From a virus, in the IMG/VR virus record IMGVR_UViG_3300035670_000062, positions 32,001-96,000 of that record: a stretch of DNA of 64,000 nt. The stretch is one strand, 5' to 3'. Below the pieces are notes generated by a model. It was given only the letters and a program-made list of their open reading frames with translations. It was not told the origin of the DNA and ran no database searches. This document shows, piece after piece, positions 16,874 to 27,561 of the stretch; within the stretch, counting starts at the first letter, position 1, and each line of letters opens with the position of its first letter. Position numbers and translations under genes: made by a program.

Positions 16874-17732
16874 AAATCAATACTTCACAAGAGAAACTGA
16901 GGATGCAATTGTATTATACAATAATACAACAGATCCTATTGAAAAAAATAAAATATATGAATTAAAAATTCATCAACCTTTATTTAAGTTGACTCAAAAT
17001 ATTATTCATACATTTAAATTTTATTATACTGAAGTAGATAATATTGAACATCTTCAACATGAATTAATAATTTTTGCTTTAAGTAAAATCCATTTATATG
17101 ATAGAAAAACAAGTCTTAATAAAAGATTTAATAAAATAATTACAAAGGAGTTTAATGAAATATATAATGGTGATTTTGAAGCTTATATAGGTGATCATGA
17201 TGATGTAACTCAAGATCAAATCAATGATTTTATATCAACATTAAATATATCTGAAAAATGTAAGGAGAAACTATTAAAGATAACTCCTCCTAAAGCATTT
17301 TCATATTTTGGTACTATTATTAAAAGATGGTTAATTAATTATAATAAAGAAAATTATAAAAAATTATTAAATAATACTCCAACAGGTGACTTAAAGGAAG
17401 CAGACCAACTAATTGATGAAAATAATGAAGATCCTATTATATCTGAATTTTTAGATTTTTACATTTCATATGTAGAAAAGAATTTTGATAAATTATTCAT
17501 AAAGTATGAAGATAAACAAATAGCTGATGCTGTATTGGAAGTAATAAGAAGAAGAAATTCAATTGATATAATTCATAAAAAAGCATTATATTTACAAATA
17601 AGAGAAATATTACATATAAATGGTATCACAGAAGTAAAATCACCAAGAATTACAAAAAATACCAAAAAATTATACACTATTCTTAAAGAAAAATACTATG
17701 AATTCAATGAGAATATGAATGATGGCTATTAA
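16857..17732 (+). CDS. putative phage sigma factor (T4 gp55-like)
   Basis: KAFSYFGTIIKRWLI resembles sigma region 2 (gp55 PFAYFT); N-terminal YFT..E motif; sits just before the structural genes. Confidence 0.6.
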   Translation: MPKKSKNQYFTRETEDAIVLYNNTTDPIEKNKIYELKIHQPLFKLTQNIIHTFKFYYTEVDNIEHLQHELIIFALSKIHLYDRKTSLNKRFNKIITKEFNEIYNGDFEAYIGDHDDVTQDQINDFISTLNISEKCKEKLLKITPPKAFSYFGTIIKRWLINYNKENYKKLLNNTPTGDLKEADQLIDENNEDPIISEFLDFYISYVEKNFDKLFIKYEDKQIADAVLEVIRRRNSIDIIHKKALYLQIREILHINGITEVKSPRITKNTKKLYTILKEKYYEFNENMNDGY

Positions 17733-17758
17733 TAATATTTATACCAAATATAATAAAT

Positions 17759-18118
17759 ATGAGCTTAGATAAAAAAATATTTAAAAATAAAACATATTCA
17801 GACTTACTGGGTGAGATTTATACTAATCAAAAAAAGAAAGAAACACAAATAAGTGCATTAATCAATGAATTAAAACCATTAATTAATGAGATAGGTGATG
17901 CTACATTACTAGTTCCATTAATTAAAGAATACATGGAATTAGGTATTAAAAACGATGAAGCATTAATAAAACTAGCAACAATCTTCCAAAGAATATTCTC
18001 AAATACTCCATCAGAAGATGGAAATTATGGCTTATCAGAAGCAGAAAAAGAACAGATATTAAAAGAAGCTAAAAACATAGGTAAATCACTCCCTCCAGGA
18101 GAAACTAAAAATGATTAA
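17759..18118 (+). CDS. hypothetical protein
   Basis: 119 aa helical ORF. Confidence 0.7.
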   Translation: MSLDKKIFKNKTYSDLLGEIYTNQKKKETQISALINELKPLINEIGDATLLVPLIKEYMELGIKNDEALIKLATIFQRIFSNTPSEDGNYGLSEAEKEQILKEAKNIGKSLPPGETKND

Positions 18119-19361
18119 TAGAAAAGGAATTAATGCTAATAATCCATCAACAGCTCCATCCTCATTAAATAAAAAAAATTCAAATAACAATAGAATAGGA
18201 AGAGTTAAGGATATAATTCTAAATGAAAATTTTCCAAATATTGAACAATATGGTGGTGTAAATGCTATTGGTAGTGTATTCTATGAAGACGCAGAAGTAA
18301 TAGGTAATAGTTTAGGTCTTGCTAAACCATTAAATCCCAACATTCAATCTTACCCATTAATAAATGAATTAGTAATAATCCATAAATTACCTTCACAAAA
18401 CATAGGAGAAAATAACACCGATAAAGTATCATATTATTCTCAAATAATTAATATTTGGAATCACCCCCATCATAACGCTTATCCATCTACATTAGATTTT
18501 TTAAATCAAGGTAGTGCTAATCTTAATGAATCTTATAAAGATAATGAAGCTGGAGTAATAAAAACTAGTGAAAATAATTTTGAAGATATATCATTAGATA
18601 GTCCATCAAACCCAACCCAACCAAAATTTATAGAAAAAAGCAATATTCAACCTCTACTTCCTTTCCCTGGAGATAATATTATACAGGGGAGATTTGGAAA
18701 TAGTATTAGATTTGGAAGTACTTCATTTAATGACAGAGATTTACTAAATAATTGGTCTGATGATGGAGAGAATGGAAACCCAATAACTATAATCAGAAAT
18801 GGCCAACCAGATGGAGAAAATGAAGGTTGGAAACATATTACTGAAGATATAAATAATGATAAATCATCAATATATTTAACTTCAAATCAAAAAATTAATA
18901 TTAAATTACCTAGTAATAAATTTAATTCTTTTAGACAACTCCCAACATTACCTTCACAATATAAGGATTCTCAAATATTAATATGTTCAAATCAAATAAC
19001 AATATCTTCAAAAAAAGATAATATATTTATAAATTCAAATAAATCTATAAGTTTATCTTCAAATGAAAATGTAAATATAGATTCAAAACAAACAGTAGTA
19101 AGTTCATCTGATATTAAATTAGGTGGTGAAAATGCTGAGGAAAGACTAGTTAAGGGAGATACTTTATTAAAAAATCTAAATTTTATGTTAGATTCATTAT
19201 CTTTACTTGTATCTGCTATGGAAGTACAGCAGTTATGGCCTGGTGGTCTTCCTACTCCTGATGGAGTTACAATGATGACCGCCAACACATTAAAAAATAA
19301 TATTAAATTAGTAAAAAAAGACTTAACAAACATCTTATCAAAAACCACTAAAGTAATATGA
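18111..19361 (+). CDS. putative baseplate spike/hub (gp5/Vgr-like)
   Basis: OB-like YPLINELV, GDNIIQGRFGNSIRFGS, beta-repeat C-terminus, LVKGD. Confidence 0.65.
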   Translation: MINRKGINANNPSTAPSSLNKKNSNNNRIGRVKDIILNENFPNIEQYGGVNAIGSVFYEDAEVIGNSLGLAKPLNPNIQSYPLINELVIIHKLPSQNIGENNTDKVSYYSQIINIWNHPHHNAYPSTLDFLNQGSANLNESYKDNEAGVIKTSENNFEDISLDSPSNPTQPKFIEKSNIQPLLPFPGDNIIQGRFGNSIRFGSTSFNDRDLLNNWSDDGENGNPITIIRNGQPDGENEGWKHITEDINNDKSSIYLTSNQKINIKLPSNKFNSFRQLPTLPSQYKDSQILICSNQITISSKKDNIFINSNKSISLSSNENVNIDSKQTVVSSSDIKLGGENAEERLVKGDTLLKNLNFMLDSLSLLVSAMEVQQLWPGGLPTPDGVTMMTANTLKNNIKLVKKDLTNILSKTTKVI

Positions 19362-20461
19362 AATTTAAAACATCAGGAACTATAATCAATTCCCAAGAGG
19401 AACCAATAATAGGATGTATTATAACTTCATCTAATGGATATTCTACTGTTACTGATAAAGAAGGAAAGTTCATATTAAAAGGAGAATATGAAAAGGGATT
19501 TCCATTCACTATTGAAATTTCTAATCCCCTTTATTCTTCAATAAGTAAAATCCCCTTTACTTTAAATGGTGATATAATAGAAAATGTAGGAATTATAAAA
19601 TTGATTCAACAGGACAAAACATTAAAAGATTCTACTATTTCAAATTCATTAATATCATCTCAACATCTAGAATTATTAAAATCATCAAAATCTAATTTTG
19701 AGACTTTACAAATGAATACTTTAATTGGAGTTGGAGAAAAAATTAAATATGATATCTTACCAAGACTAATAGAAGAAATTGTAAAATTTGGTATAACTTT
19801 AACACCTAAAATAAATCCTAATAATATTTTAGATCAAAAAATATTTTGTCCATCTGATATTAATATTATTATATCAAATAAAAATAAATTAGTCAAGAGA
19901 ATAAATATTATTTATCAAACATTAAATAGAGTTAAAATTGTAGTATCAACAACAGATAAAATAATAACAGCATCACAAATAGCAATTGAAATATTAAAAC
20001 TTACACCTACACCTGCCCCTCCTGGTGTGTCAAGTTCCCTGATTGAAATTGAAAATAAACTAAGAAAATATAAAATCATATCATCCGTTACTCTTATTAT
20101 CTTAACGATAATAATCGATTTACTCAGGCAGTTAATTGATATGTTAAATATGCTAGATAAATTAGTTGCTCATTGTATTCCTGATAATACAAATAATATG
20201 GAATTATTATCACAAGAATTGCTTGCTTTAACTCAACAACAATCACAAATACAACCAGTCATAACTAATGTAAATGGTTTTGAAATGGGTGTAGAAAGTG
20301 AACCTAATACTATTAATCAAATAAAAAGAAAAAGAGCTATAGCAAAAAATAAAAAAGGAATAATAATGCTAAAAGGAGAATGGTCTTACAGTTCAATTGA
20401 ACAAATTTTGATAGATGAATTAGTGTTCTATATTCAACAAAACGATTTAAAAGCAGATTAA
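19358..20461 (+). CDS. structural protein with N-terminal carboxypeptidase-regulatory-like domain
   Basis: GTIINSQEEPIIGC...TVTDKEGKFIL. Confidence 0.55.
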   Translation: MKFKTSGTIINSQEEPIIGCIITSSNGYSTVTDKEGKFILKGEYEKGFPFTIEISNPLYSSISKIPFTLNGDIIENVGIIKLIQQDKTLKDSTISNSLISSQHLELLKSSKSNFETLQMNTLIGVGEKIKYDILPRLIEEIVKFGITLTPKINPNNILDQKIFCPSDINIIISNKNKLVKRINIIYQTLNRVKIVVSTTDKIITASQIAIEILKLTPTPAPPGVSSSLIEIENKLRKYKIISSVTLIILTIIIDLLRQLIDMLNMLDKLVAHCIPDNTNNMELLSQELLALTQQQSQIQPVITNVNGFEMGVESEPNTINQIKRKRAIAKNKKGIIMLKGEWSYSSIEQILIDELVFYIQQNDLKAD

Positions 20462-20478
20462 CTTAATATTTATAACAA

Positions 20479-20808
20479 ATGAAAACATCAGAACTAAAAA
20501 ATTTAATAAAAGAGGCAGTAAGAGAGGCAATTAAAGAAGAATTAAAAGAAATATTATTAGAAGCAATAAAATCTCCTAAATCTCAAATTAATGAACATAT
20601 GATACCTCAAGTAAATTTATCCTCATCATCACCTCAAACAATGATAGATAAAAGAAGAGCGTATCAAGATGTAATAAATCAAACATCTCTAAATTTTTCA
20701 TCTAAAGATATATCACAACCATTTATCCCAACTCAAACAGATCCTATAAATGGTGCATTACCTTCTGGTGAATTAAGTATGGATCAAATAATGAATCTAA
20801 TGAAATAA
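20479..20808 (+). CDS. hypothetical protein with MKxSEL leader
   Basis: MKTSELKNLIKEAVREAIKEEL. Confidence 0.7.
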   Translation: MKTSELKNLIKEAVREAIKEELKEILLEAIKSPKSQINEHMIPQVNLSSSSPQTMIDKRRAYQDVINQTSLNFSSKDISQPFIPTQTDPINGALPSGELSMDQIMNLMK

Positions 20809-21215
20809 TGGCATTTAACCAACAACAAATAAATCCCCTAGATATAGATCCTAATGTTGCTATTGGAATTAATATTCCATTTTCTGCATTAGCTGTATTT
20901 ACATCTAATTATACAACAAAAGATGCAATTAGAAATAATTTATTAAATTACTTTTTAACTAATAATGGGGAAAGATTCATGAATCCATTATTTGGAGGTG
21001 GGTTAAGAGGATTTTTATTTGAACAAATAACAAATAATAATTTAGAATTTCTTGAAGGAACTATTAGTAATGATATAGCTGATTCATTTCCTAATGTTAT
21101 AGTAGATACTTTAAATATATTAAAAAATGAAGATAAAAACACTATAATAATAGAATTTAAATACAGCATAAGAAATACTAATATTCAAGATTCAATAGAA
21201 ATATCATTTCAATAA
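20808..21215 (+). CDS. baseplate wedge protein (gp25/GPW family)
   Basis: NLLNYFLTNNGERFMNPLFGGGLRGFLFE. Confidence 0.88.
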   Translation: MAFNQQQINPLDIDPNVAIGINIPFSALAVFTSNYTTKDAIRNNLLNYFLTNNGERFMNPLFGGGLRGFLFEQITNNNLEFLEGTISNDIADSFPNVIVDTLNILKNEDKNTIIIEFKYSIRNTNIQDSIEISFQ

Positions 21216-23065
21216 TGGAAAATAAATCAATAAAATACATAAATAGAGACTTTTCAAGTTTTAAAACAAAATTAGTAGAATTTGCTAAAACATATTTTCC
21301 TAATTCATATAATGATTTCTCACCCTCTTCGCCAGGGATGATGTTTATGGAAATGTCAGCCTATGTTGGAGATGTTATGTCATTTTACTTAGATAATCAA
21401 ATCCAAGAAACATTCATACAATATGCGAGACAAGATAATAATTTATATGAATTAGCATACATGTTTGGATATAAACCAAAAATTTCAACAGCAGCTCAAA
21501 CAACAATAGACATATACCAACAAGTCCCAGCAATATTATCAGGTTCTAGTTATATACCTGATTATTCTTATGCTTTAACATTAAATGAAAATACTACATT
21601 ATCATCACCTATATCAGATAAAGTTAGTTTTTTAATAGAAGATAGATGTGATTTCAGTGTTTCAAGTTCATTTGATCCAACTGAAGTTTCTATATACCAA
21701 ATAGCAGGTAATATACCTCAATATTTTTTATTAAAAAAATCAAGAAAAGCAGTTTCAGCAAATATAAAAACTCAATCATTTATATTCAATGATTTTACAC
21801 CATTTCCAACAATATCAATAACTGATAATAAGATATTAGGAATACTTGATATAACTGATAGTGATGGAAATAAATGGTATGAAGTAGATCATTTAGGACA
21901 AGAAATGGTATTTGATAATATAAAAAATACAAATCCAAATGACCCAAATACATACACAGATATTGATGTTCCATTTTTATTAAAATTAAAGAAAATCCAA
22001 AAAAGATTCTCAACAAGAATTTTAAATAAAACAACACTCCAAATCCAGTTTGGTGCTGGTAATCCTAATTCAATTGATGAAGAAATAACTCCTAACCCAA
22101 ATAATGTAGGTTTAGGATTACCATTTAAAAAAACAAAACTTACAACAGCTTTCTCACCTGATAATTTCTTATTTACAAATACTTATGGAATTGCTCCAAC
22201 TAATACAACTCTAACAGTAAGGTATTTGTCTGGTGGTGGGGTTGAAGCTAATGTCCCCTCAAATTCTTTAACAAGAATAAATAAAAATACAATAAAATTT
22301 AATTCAATAAATTTAAACTCATCAACAGCTGACTATATATTCAATTCATTATCAACAACTAATCCTCAAGCAGCAGATGGAGGAGGATCAGGAGACTCAA
22401 TTGAAATTATAAGACAAAACACATTAATGAGTATTTCAGCTCAAAATAGATCAGTAACATCAAATGATTATTTAATTAGAGCTCTTAGTATGCCTAGTGA
22501 TTATGGTACAATTTCAAAAGCTCATATACAACAACCTCAATTAGTAGATAATCAAGTATCAACAATTGAAACATTAAATTTATTTGTTTTATCTAAAGAT
22601 AATAATGGGTATTTATCAACATCATCAAATACTTTAAAAAATAATCTAAGAACATACTTGTCTCAATATAGAATGATTGGAGATAACATTGAAATAAGAG
22701 ATGCTTTTATAATTAATATAGCAGTTGATTTTGAAATTATAGTACTTCCTAATTTTAATAATAATCAAGTAATTTTATCTTGTATAGAAGTATTAAAATC
22801 ACATTTCAATATAGATAATTGGCAAATCAATCAACCAATTTTCTTACGTGATATATATGTAAAATTAGATAGAGTAGAAGGAGTACAAACAGTAAAAAAC
22901 ATAAAAATAAGTAATAAAGCTGGAGTATCCCTTGGATACTCAGAATATGGTTATGATATTGAAGGAGCAACACAAAATCAAATAATTTACCCATCATTAG
23001 ATTCAAGTATATTTGAACTAAAATACCCAAACCAAGATATAAAAGGGAAAATATCACCATTATAA
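21215..23065 (+). CDS. baseplate wedge subunit (T4 gp6/baseplate J-like)
   Basis: DFSSFK...AYVGDVMSFYLD...A...GYKP; QNRSVTSNDY. Confidence 0.88.
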   Translation: MENKSIKYINRDFSSFKTKLVEFAKTYFPNSYNDFSPSSPGMMFMEMSAYVGDVMSFYLDNQIQETFIQYARQDNNLYELAYMFGYKPKISTAAQTTIDIYQQVPAILSGSSYIPDYSYALTLNENTTLSSPISDKVSFLIEDRCDFSVSSSFDPTEVSIYQIAGNIPQYFLLKKSRKAVSANIKTQSFIFNDFTPFPTISITDNKILGILDITDSDGNKWYEVDHLGQEMVFDNIKNTNPNDPNTYTDIDVPFLLKLKKIQKRFSTRILNKTTLQIQFGAGNPNSIDEEITPNPNNVGLGLPFKKTKLTTAFSPDNFLFTNTYGIAPTNTTLTVRYLSGGGVEANVPSNSLTRINKNTIKFNSINLNSSTADYIFNSLSTTNPQAADGGGSGDSIEIIRQNTLMSISAQNRSVTSNDYLIRALSMPSDYGTISKAHIQQPQLVDNQVSTIETLNLFVLSKDNNGYLSTSSNTLKNNLRTYLSQYRMIGDNIEIRDAFIINIAVDFEIIVLPNFNNNQVILSCIEVLKSHFNIDNWQINQPIFLRDIYVKLDRVEGVQTVKNIKISNKAGVSLGYSEYGYDIEGATQNQIIYPSLDSSIFELKYPNQDIKGKISPL

Positions 23066-23084
23066 TATATTTATAATAAAAAAT

Positions 23085-23573
23085 ATGAAAATTTTAAACG
23101 AAATAGGAAATTTAATACTACTTTTAATAGCTGTAGTTTTAGGTTCAATATTATTACCTATAGGTATTTTATGGAATGTGTATAAATCTATATTGAAATC
23201 TAAAGGTTATAAATTTTTAACAACTATTAAATTAATATTATTATATTGGTTGAGATTGTTATATCAAGTGTGGGTTGTTATTAAACAAACATTTCTATAT
23301 GTTGCTTATTTAATAGATTTATTAGGTAATGTGATATTAGGAGAATTATTAGAATCAACAATGTCTAAATCACCTCAACATCTATTTGGGAGAGGGGAAA
23401 TAACAATTTCTGCAGCTTTAGGATACTTAAAAAGAAGAAATGAATTAACATTAGTTGGGAAAATTTTATGTAAAATATTAAATAAATTAGACCCACATTA
23501 TGAAGATCATTGCATATCATCTATTGAGTTATATGAATATAAAGAATCTTTAAAAACAAAATCAAAAAAATAA
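23085..23573 (+). CDS. membrane hypothetical protein
   Basis: Hydrophobic segments; TISAALG...LNKLDP...DHC. Confidence 0.65.
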   Translation: MKILNEIGNLILLLIAVVLGSILLPIGILWNVYKSILKSKGYKFLTTIKLILLYWLRLLYQVWVVIKQTFLYVAYLIDLLGNVILGELLESTMSKSPQHLFGRGEITISAALGYLKRRNELTLVGKILCKILNKLDPHYEDHCISSIELYEYKESLKTKSKK

Positions 23574-23574
23574 A

Positions 23575-23871
23575 ATGAAAAGAAGTGAATTAAGACAACT
23601 TATTAGAGAAACATTAAACCAAGTTAATGAAAACGAATATTATGGTGAAATCCAAGAACCATTAAACCTATATGATAAATTAGATGAAGTCCTAACAGAT
23701 TCTATGATGACATTCAGTATGGGAACCTCTGAAGAAGATTTTGACTCAGCTGATAATACTCAAAAAGATAAAATTCAAGATATAATGGATCAAGCTATCA
23801 ATTATTTACATAAATCAAAAATATCATTTGATGAGGTAATACGATTAATAGGAAAAGATTACCAAAAATAA
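23575..23871 (+). CDS. MKKSEL-leader protein
   Basis: MKRSELRQLIRETLNQVNE. Confidence 0.75.
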   Translation: MKRSELRQLIRETLNQVNENEYYGEIQEPLNLYDKLDEVLTDSMMTFSMGTSEEDFDSADNTQKDKIQDIMDQAINYLHKSKISFDEVIRLIGKDYQK

Positions 23872-23898
23872 AAAAATAACAGTTATTAAATAAAAATT

Positions 23899-24636
23899 AT
23901 GGAAGAAAAAAAGTATGATTTCCCAACGGAAACAGTAGAATTACCATCAAAAGGATTAATATATCCTAAAGACAATCCACTATCATCTGGTAAGATAGAA
24001 ATGAGATACATGACAGCATATCATGAGGATATTCTTACGAATCAAAACTACATTAAACAAGGTATTGTATTAGATAAATTAATCCAAGCATTAATAGTAT
24101 CGAATGTTAACTATGATGATTTAATAGTAGGAGATAGAAACGCAATCCTAATATCAGCAAGAATATTAGCTTATGGTAAAGATTATACATTTTTATATAA
24201 AGATGAAGAAATTACAGTCGATTTAAGTGAACTTGAATTAAAATACCTAGATGAAAAAGACATAACTCCAGGTATAAATCAATTTCATTTCCAATTACCT
24301 CATACAAATACATCAATAACATATAAATTATTGACTAATGAAGACGAGAGAAAAATTGATAATGAAATAAAAGGTATTAAAAAAATTCATAAAACAGCCT
24401 CACCTGAATTATCAACAAGATTGAAATATTTAATTACATCTGTTAATGGAGATAGTGATACTAAAACTATTAGAGAATTTGTTGATAAACATATGTTAGC
24501 AAGAGATTCAAGAGCCTTAAGAGAACATATCAAAAACACTCAACCAGATATTTTATTAACATTTAATAATGGTACAGAGGAGGGTACAGTGCCTATTACG
24601 GCAGGATTTTTTTGGCCTGACTCTGGAATATCGTAA
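23899..24636 (+). CDS. baseplate hub assembly / tail assembly chaperone (T4 gp26-like)
   Basis: VELPSKG, MRYMTA.HEDIL, L.VGDRNAILI.ARI..YG; ends FFWP; precedes tape measure. Confidence 0.75.
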   Translation: MEEKKYDFPTETVELPSKGLIYPKDNPLSSGKIEMRYMTAYHEDILTNQNYIKQGIVLDKLIQALIVSNVNYDDLIVGDRNAILISARILAYGKDYTFLYKDEEITVDLSELELKYLDEKDITPGINQFHFQLPHTNTSITYKLLTNEDERKIDNEIKGIKKIHKTASPELSTRLKYLITSVNGDSDTKTIREFVDKHMLARDSRALREHIKNTQPDILLTFNNGTEEGTVPITAGFFWPDSGIS

Positions 24637-24895
24637 AAGTTTATTTATTATGATCCATCAAATAGTTACATTTGGTGGAGGTGGGTATGATTTTGAAACA
24701 GTATATAGAATGCCTATTTGGTTAAGAAAATTTACATACTTACAAATAGTAGAACAAAAACAAGCTGAAAAAGAAGAAATAAACAAAGTAAAAAATAAAT
24801 CAAATTCAAATCAAACAAAATTTAATTTGGGAGATAAAGTCCCTCAACAATTAAAACAAACAAACAACACATACAACACAACAATGAAAAAATAA
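24569..24895 (+). CDS. second chaperone segment (gp51/gpGT-like), probably expressed by frameshift
   Basis: Overlaps previous ORF in the +1 frame across a T7 run; VYRMPIWLRKF motif. Confidence 0.6.
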   Translation: MVQRRVQCLLRQDFFGLTLEYRKSLFIMIHQIVTFGGGGYDFETVYRMPIWLRKFTYLQIVEQKQAEKEEINKVKNKSNSNQTKFNLGDKVPQQLKQTNNTYNTTMKK

Positions 24896-24935
24896 AGCCC
24901 TAAATAGGGCTTTTTTTGTCTATTTATAATAAAAT
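24893..24935 (+). terminator. terminator plus TATTTATA cassette, copy 1
   Basis: AAAGCCCTA-aa-TAGGGCTTT, T tract, then TCTATTTATAATAAAAT. Confidence 0.85.
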
Positions 24936-24941
24936 AAAGAT

Positions 24942-27308
24942 ATGGCTGATTCTGAAGAAATAGAAAGAAATAAAGCATTACAAGAATCATTAGATTTAAT
25001 GGATGAATTATTATTTGCAAGTAGGGATTTTACCTCAGAAGTTAGAAAAGTTGCTAAATTACATTTCCAAAATAATGAACAAGTAAATGCTACTGTAAAA
25101 GGATTTAGAGATATTTCAAAATCAGTAGCTTCATATTCTACTATTATTAAAGATGTTTATAAAGGAACAGCATCAATAAGAACTCTTGAAAAAGAACAAG
25201 AAAAATTTTTAAAAACTAGAAAAAACTTTGAAGTCGAATTCAATCAAGCTCTTGGTTCAATAAAACTCACAGAAGAACAAATTAATAAAATAAAAAAAGG
25301 ACAATTAGATGTATTTGCTGCTATAGGGGATAAGGGAAGTGAATTTGGAGATCAAACTAATAAGCTTACAGAAGTACAATTTTCACTTTTAGAATTATAC
25401 CAGGAACAATTAAGTATATTAAGGGAAGAGAATGAAGCAATGGAAGAGGCTTCTCGAAGAGCTAAAAATATTGAAGCATCTATGGGAGGGGTAGGAACTG
25501 CATTTGAAGGAATAGAAGGAGTCATGGATAAACTTGGACTTGGAAGTTTAAGTAAAAAAATGGGATTTGCTAAAGCACAAGCAGACATGAAAGAACTAGC
25601 AGCAGAGATTACAGATGGTGGAGATAGAAGTGCTACATTAGGAGAAAAATTTAAAATAGCAGGAGCAGGTATAAAATCCATGGCTTCAAGTTTAGCATCA
25701 GCTTTTGGACCTATGGCTATAGCATTGATTGTTATAACACAAATAGTAAAAGCATTTAAGGCATTAGATGAACAATCAGGAAAACTAGCTAAAAGTATGG
25801 GTATATCATATAATGAAGCAGTAAATCTAAATGCAGAATTTAGAGACATGGCTTCTAATTATGGAGATTCACTAGTTACTTCTAAAGATATAGCAGAGTC
25901 CCAATCTAAATTAAACGAATTATTTGGAACAGGAGTTAAATTTTCAGGAGAAATGGCTGCTGAATTCTCATCAGTCCAAAAAAGATTAGACTTGTCAGAT
26001 GAAGCTATGAAATTATTTACTAAAAATCAATTAATTTCTGGTAAAAGTATTAAAACTCAATTAAAAGATGTCAATGCTACTACATTAAAAATGAATGAAC
26101 AATATGGTTTAGGTTTAAGTTTTAAACAAGTTCAAGAAGGTATAAGCAAAGCATCTAACGCAGTACAATTAACAAATAAAGGAAATGTAAAAGAACTTAC
26201 AAAAGCTGTTTTTGCTGCTAAAAATTTAGGAGTAGAAATGTCTAAAGTAGAAGCTATATCAAACAGTTTATTAGATTTTGAATCTTCAATAGCATCTGAA
26301 CTTGAAGCTGAATTACTGTTAGGTAAAGACATAAATCTTGAAACAGCTAGACAAGCAGCATTACAAGGAGATGTAGCTAAAGTAGCTGATGAAGTTATGA
26401 AAAATAAAGCTATAATGAATGCTTTCGACACTAAAAATGTTATAGCACAAGAAGCAGCAGCTAAAGCATTAGGTATGAATAGAGATGAATTAGCTGACAT
26501 GATAATGCAACAAAAACAATTAGAAGGTATAAGAAAAAATGGCTTTGAAAATATGGCCGCTGCTCAGGAAGAATATAATAAATTAAGAGCACAAGGCATG
26601 TCTGCCGAGGAAGCAGCAGCTAAAATAGGAGATAAATCATTACAAGATCAACTAGAATCAGTGTCAGTAGCACAAAACCTTGAAGCAGTAATGGCTTCTA
26701 TACAAGAAATATTTGTAGGTATGGTTGAACCTATATTGATGGCAGTAAATTCAATGATAGAATTAGTTGGTGGAGCTGATAATTTGGCTGCTATATTAGT
26801 AACAATATTAGGTATTTACACAGCTATAAAATTAGCTATACTAGGAGCTAATATGGCGGCAACTATAGGATTAGCTCTTAAGAAAAAAGAAGTAAAAGAA
26901 GAAAAATCAAAAGCATTAGCATCAGCTGGCAGTATTACTTCAGCTTTTATTCTAAATCCAATAGCAGCAGGTATTGGATTAATAGCAGGATTAGCAGCAA
27001 CAGCCTTGGTTATTAGTCAAATGAAAGATGGTATGATTGATCCTAAAGGAGGAATGATAGTTTCAGGAGAAAAAGGTACAATCCAATTAGATAAAGAAGA
27101 TAGTATAATAGCAGGAACAAATTTATTTGGAGGAGGAAATGGAAAAAATCAAACATCAAATAACAATCAAGATAATTCTCAAATAATAGCCCTACTCCAA
27201 CAACAAAACCAACTACTGAGACAAATGTTATCTAAATCTACAACATTAGAAATGAATGGAGATAAAGTAGGTCAAGGTATCCAAAAGGCAGACAGAGCAA
27301 TACAATAA
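24942..27308 (+). CDS. tape measure protein
   Basis: 788 aa Ala-rich helical protein with hydrophobic stretches, downstream of the chaperone pair. Confidence 0.82.
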   Translation: MADSEEIERNKALQESLDLMDELLFASRDFTSEVRKVAKLHFQNNEQVNATVKGFRDISKSVASYSTIIKDVYKGTASIRTLEKEQEKFLKTRKNFEVEFNQALGSIKLTEEQINKIKKGQLDVFAAIGDKGSEFGDQTNKLTEVQFSLLELYQEQLSILREENEAMEEASRRAKNIEASMGGVGTAFEGIEGVMDKLGLGSLSKKMGFAKAQADMKELAAEITDGGDRSATLGEKFKIAGAGIKSMASSLASAFGPMAIALIVITQIVKAFKALDEQSGKLAKSMGISYNEAVNLNAEFRDMASNYGDSLVTSKDIAESQSKLNELFGTGVKFSGEMAAEFSSVQKRLDLSDEAMKLFTKNQLISGKSIKTQLKDVNATTLKMNEQYGLGLSFKQVQEGISKASNAVQLTNKGNVKELTKAVFAAKNLGVEMSKVEAISNSLLDFESSIASELEAELLLGKDINLETARQAALQGDVAKVADEVMKNKAIMNAFDTKNVIAQEAAAKALGMNRDELADMIMQQKQLEGIRKNGFENMAAAQEEYNKLRAQGMSAEEAAAKIGDKSLQDQLESVSVAQNLEAVMASIQEIFVGMVEPILMAVNSMIELVGGADNLAAILVTILGIYTAIKLAILGANMAATIGLALKKKEVKEEKSKALASAGSITSAFILNPIAAGIGLIAGLAATALVISQMKDGMIDPKGGMIVSGEKGTIQLDKEDSIIAGTNLFGGGNGKNQTSNNNQDNSQIIALLQQQNQLLRQMLSKSTTLEMNGDKVGQGIQKADRAIQ

Positions 27309-27333
27309 TGTATTTATAATAAAACCAATAACT

Positions 27334-27561
27334 ATGTCATTACTAAATAAACTTCAAACACAAGGTTCTCCATTATCAAATAATGGTGTAACACCTTTAA
27401 CATCAGTATTTATTACAACTGGATCACCATTACATAATCAATATTCATTAAATGGTAATCCTACATTATCAGGAAAACCATCACCATCATTATTAGATAT
27501 GAATGGTCAAGTACCACCTTACAATTATGCAGACAATGCACCTGAAGGGGCTAGCTTTTAA
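27334..27561 (+). CDS. small virion-associated hypothetical protein
   Basis: Preceded by TATTTATA; PSPSLLD motif. Confidence 0.6.
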   Translation: MSLLNKLQTQGSPLSNNGVTPLTSVFITTGSPLHNQYSLNGNPTLSGKPSPSLLDMNGQVPPYNYADNAPEGASF

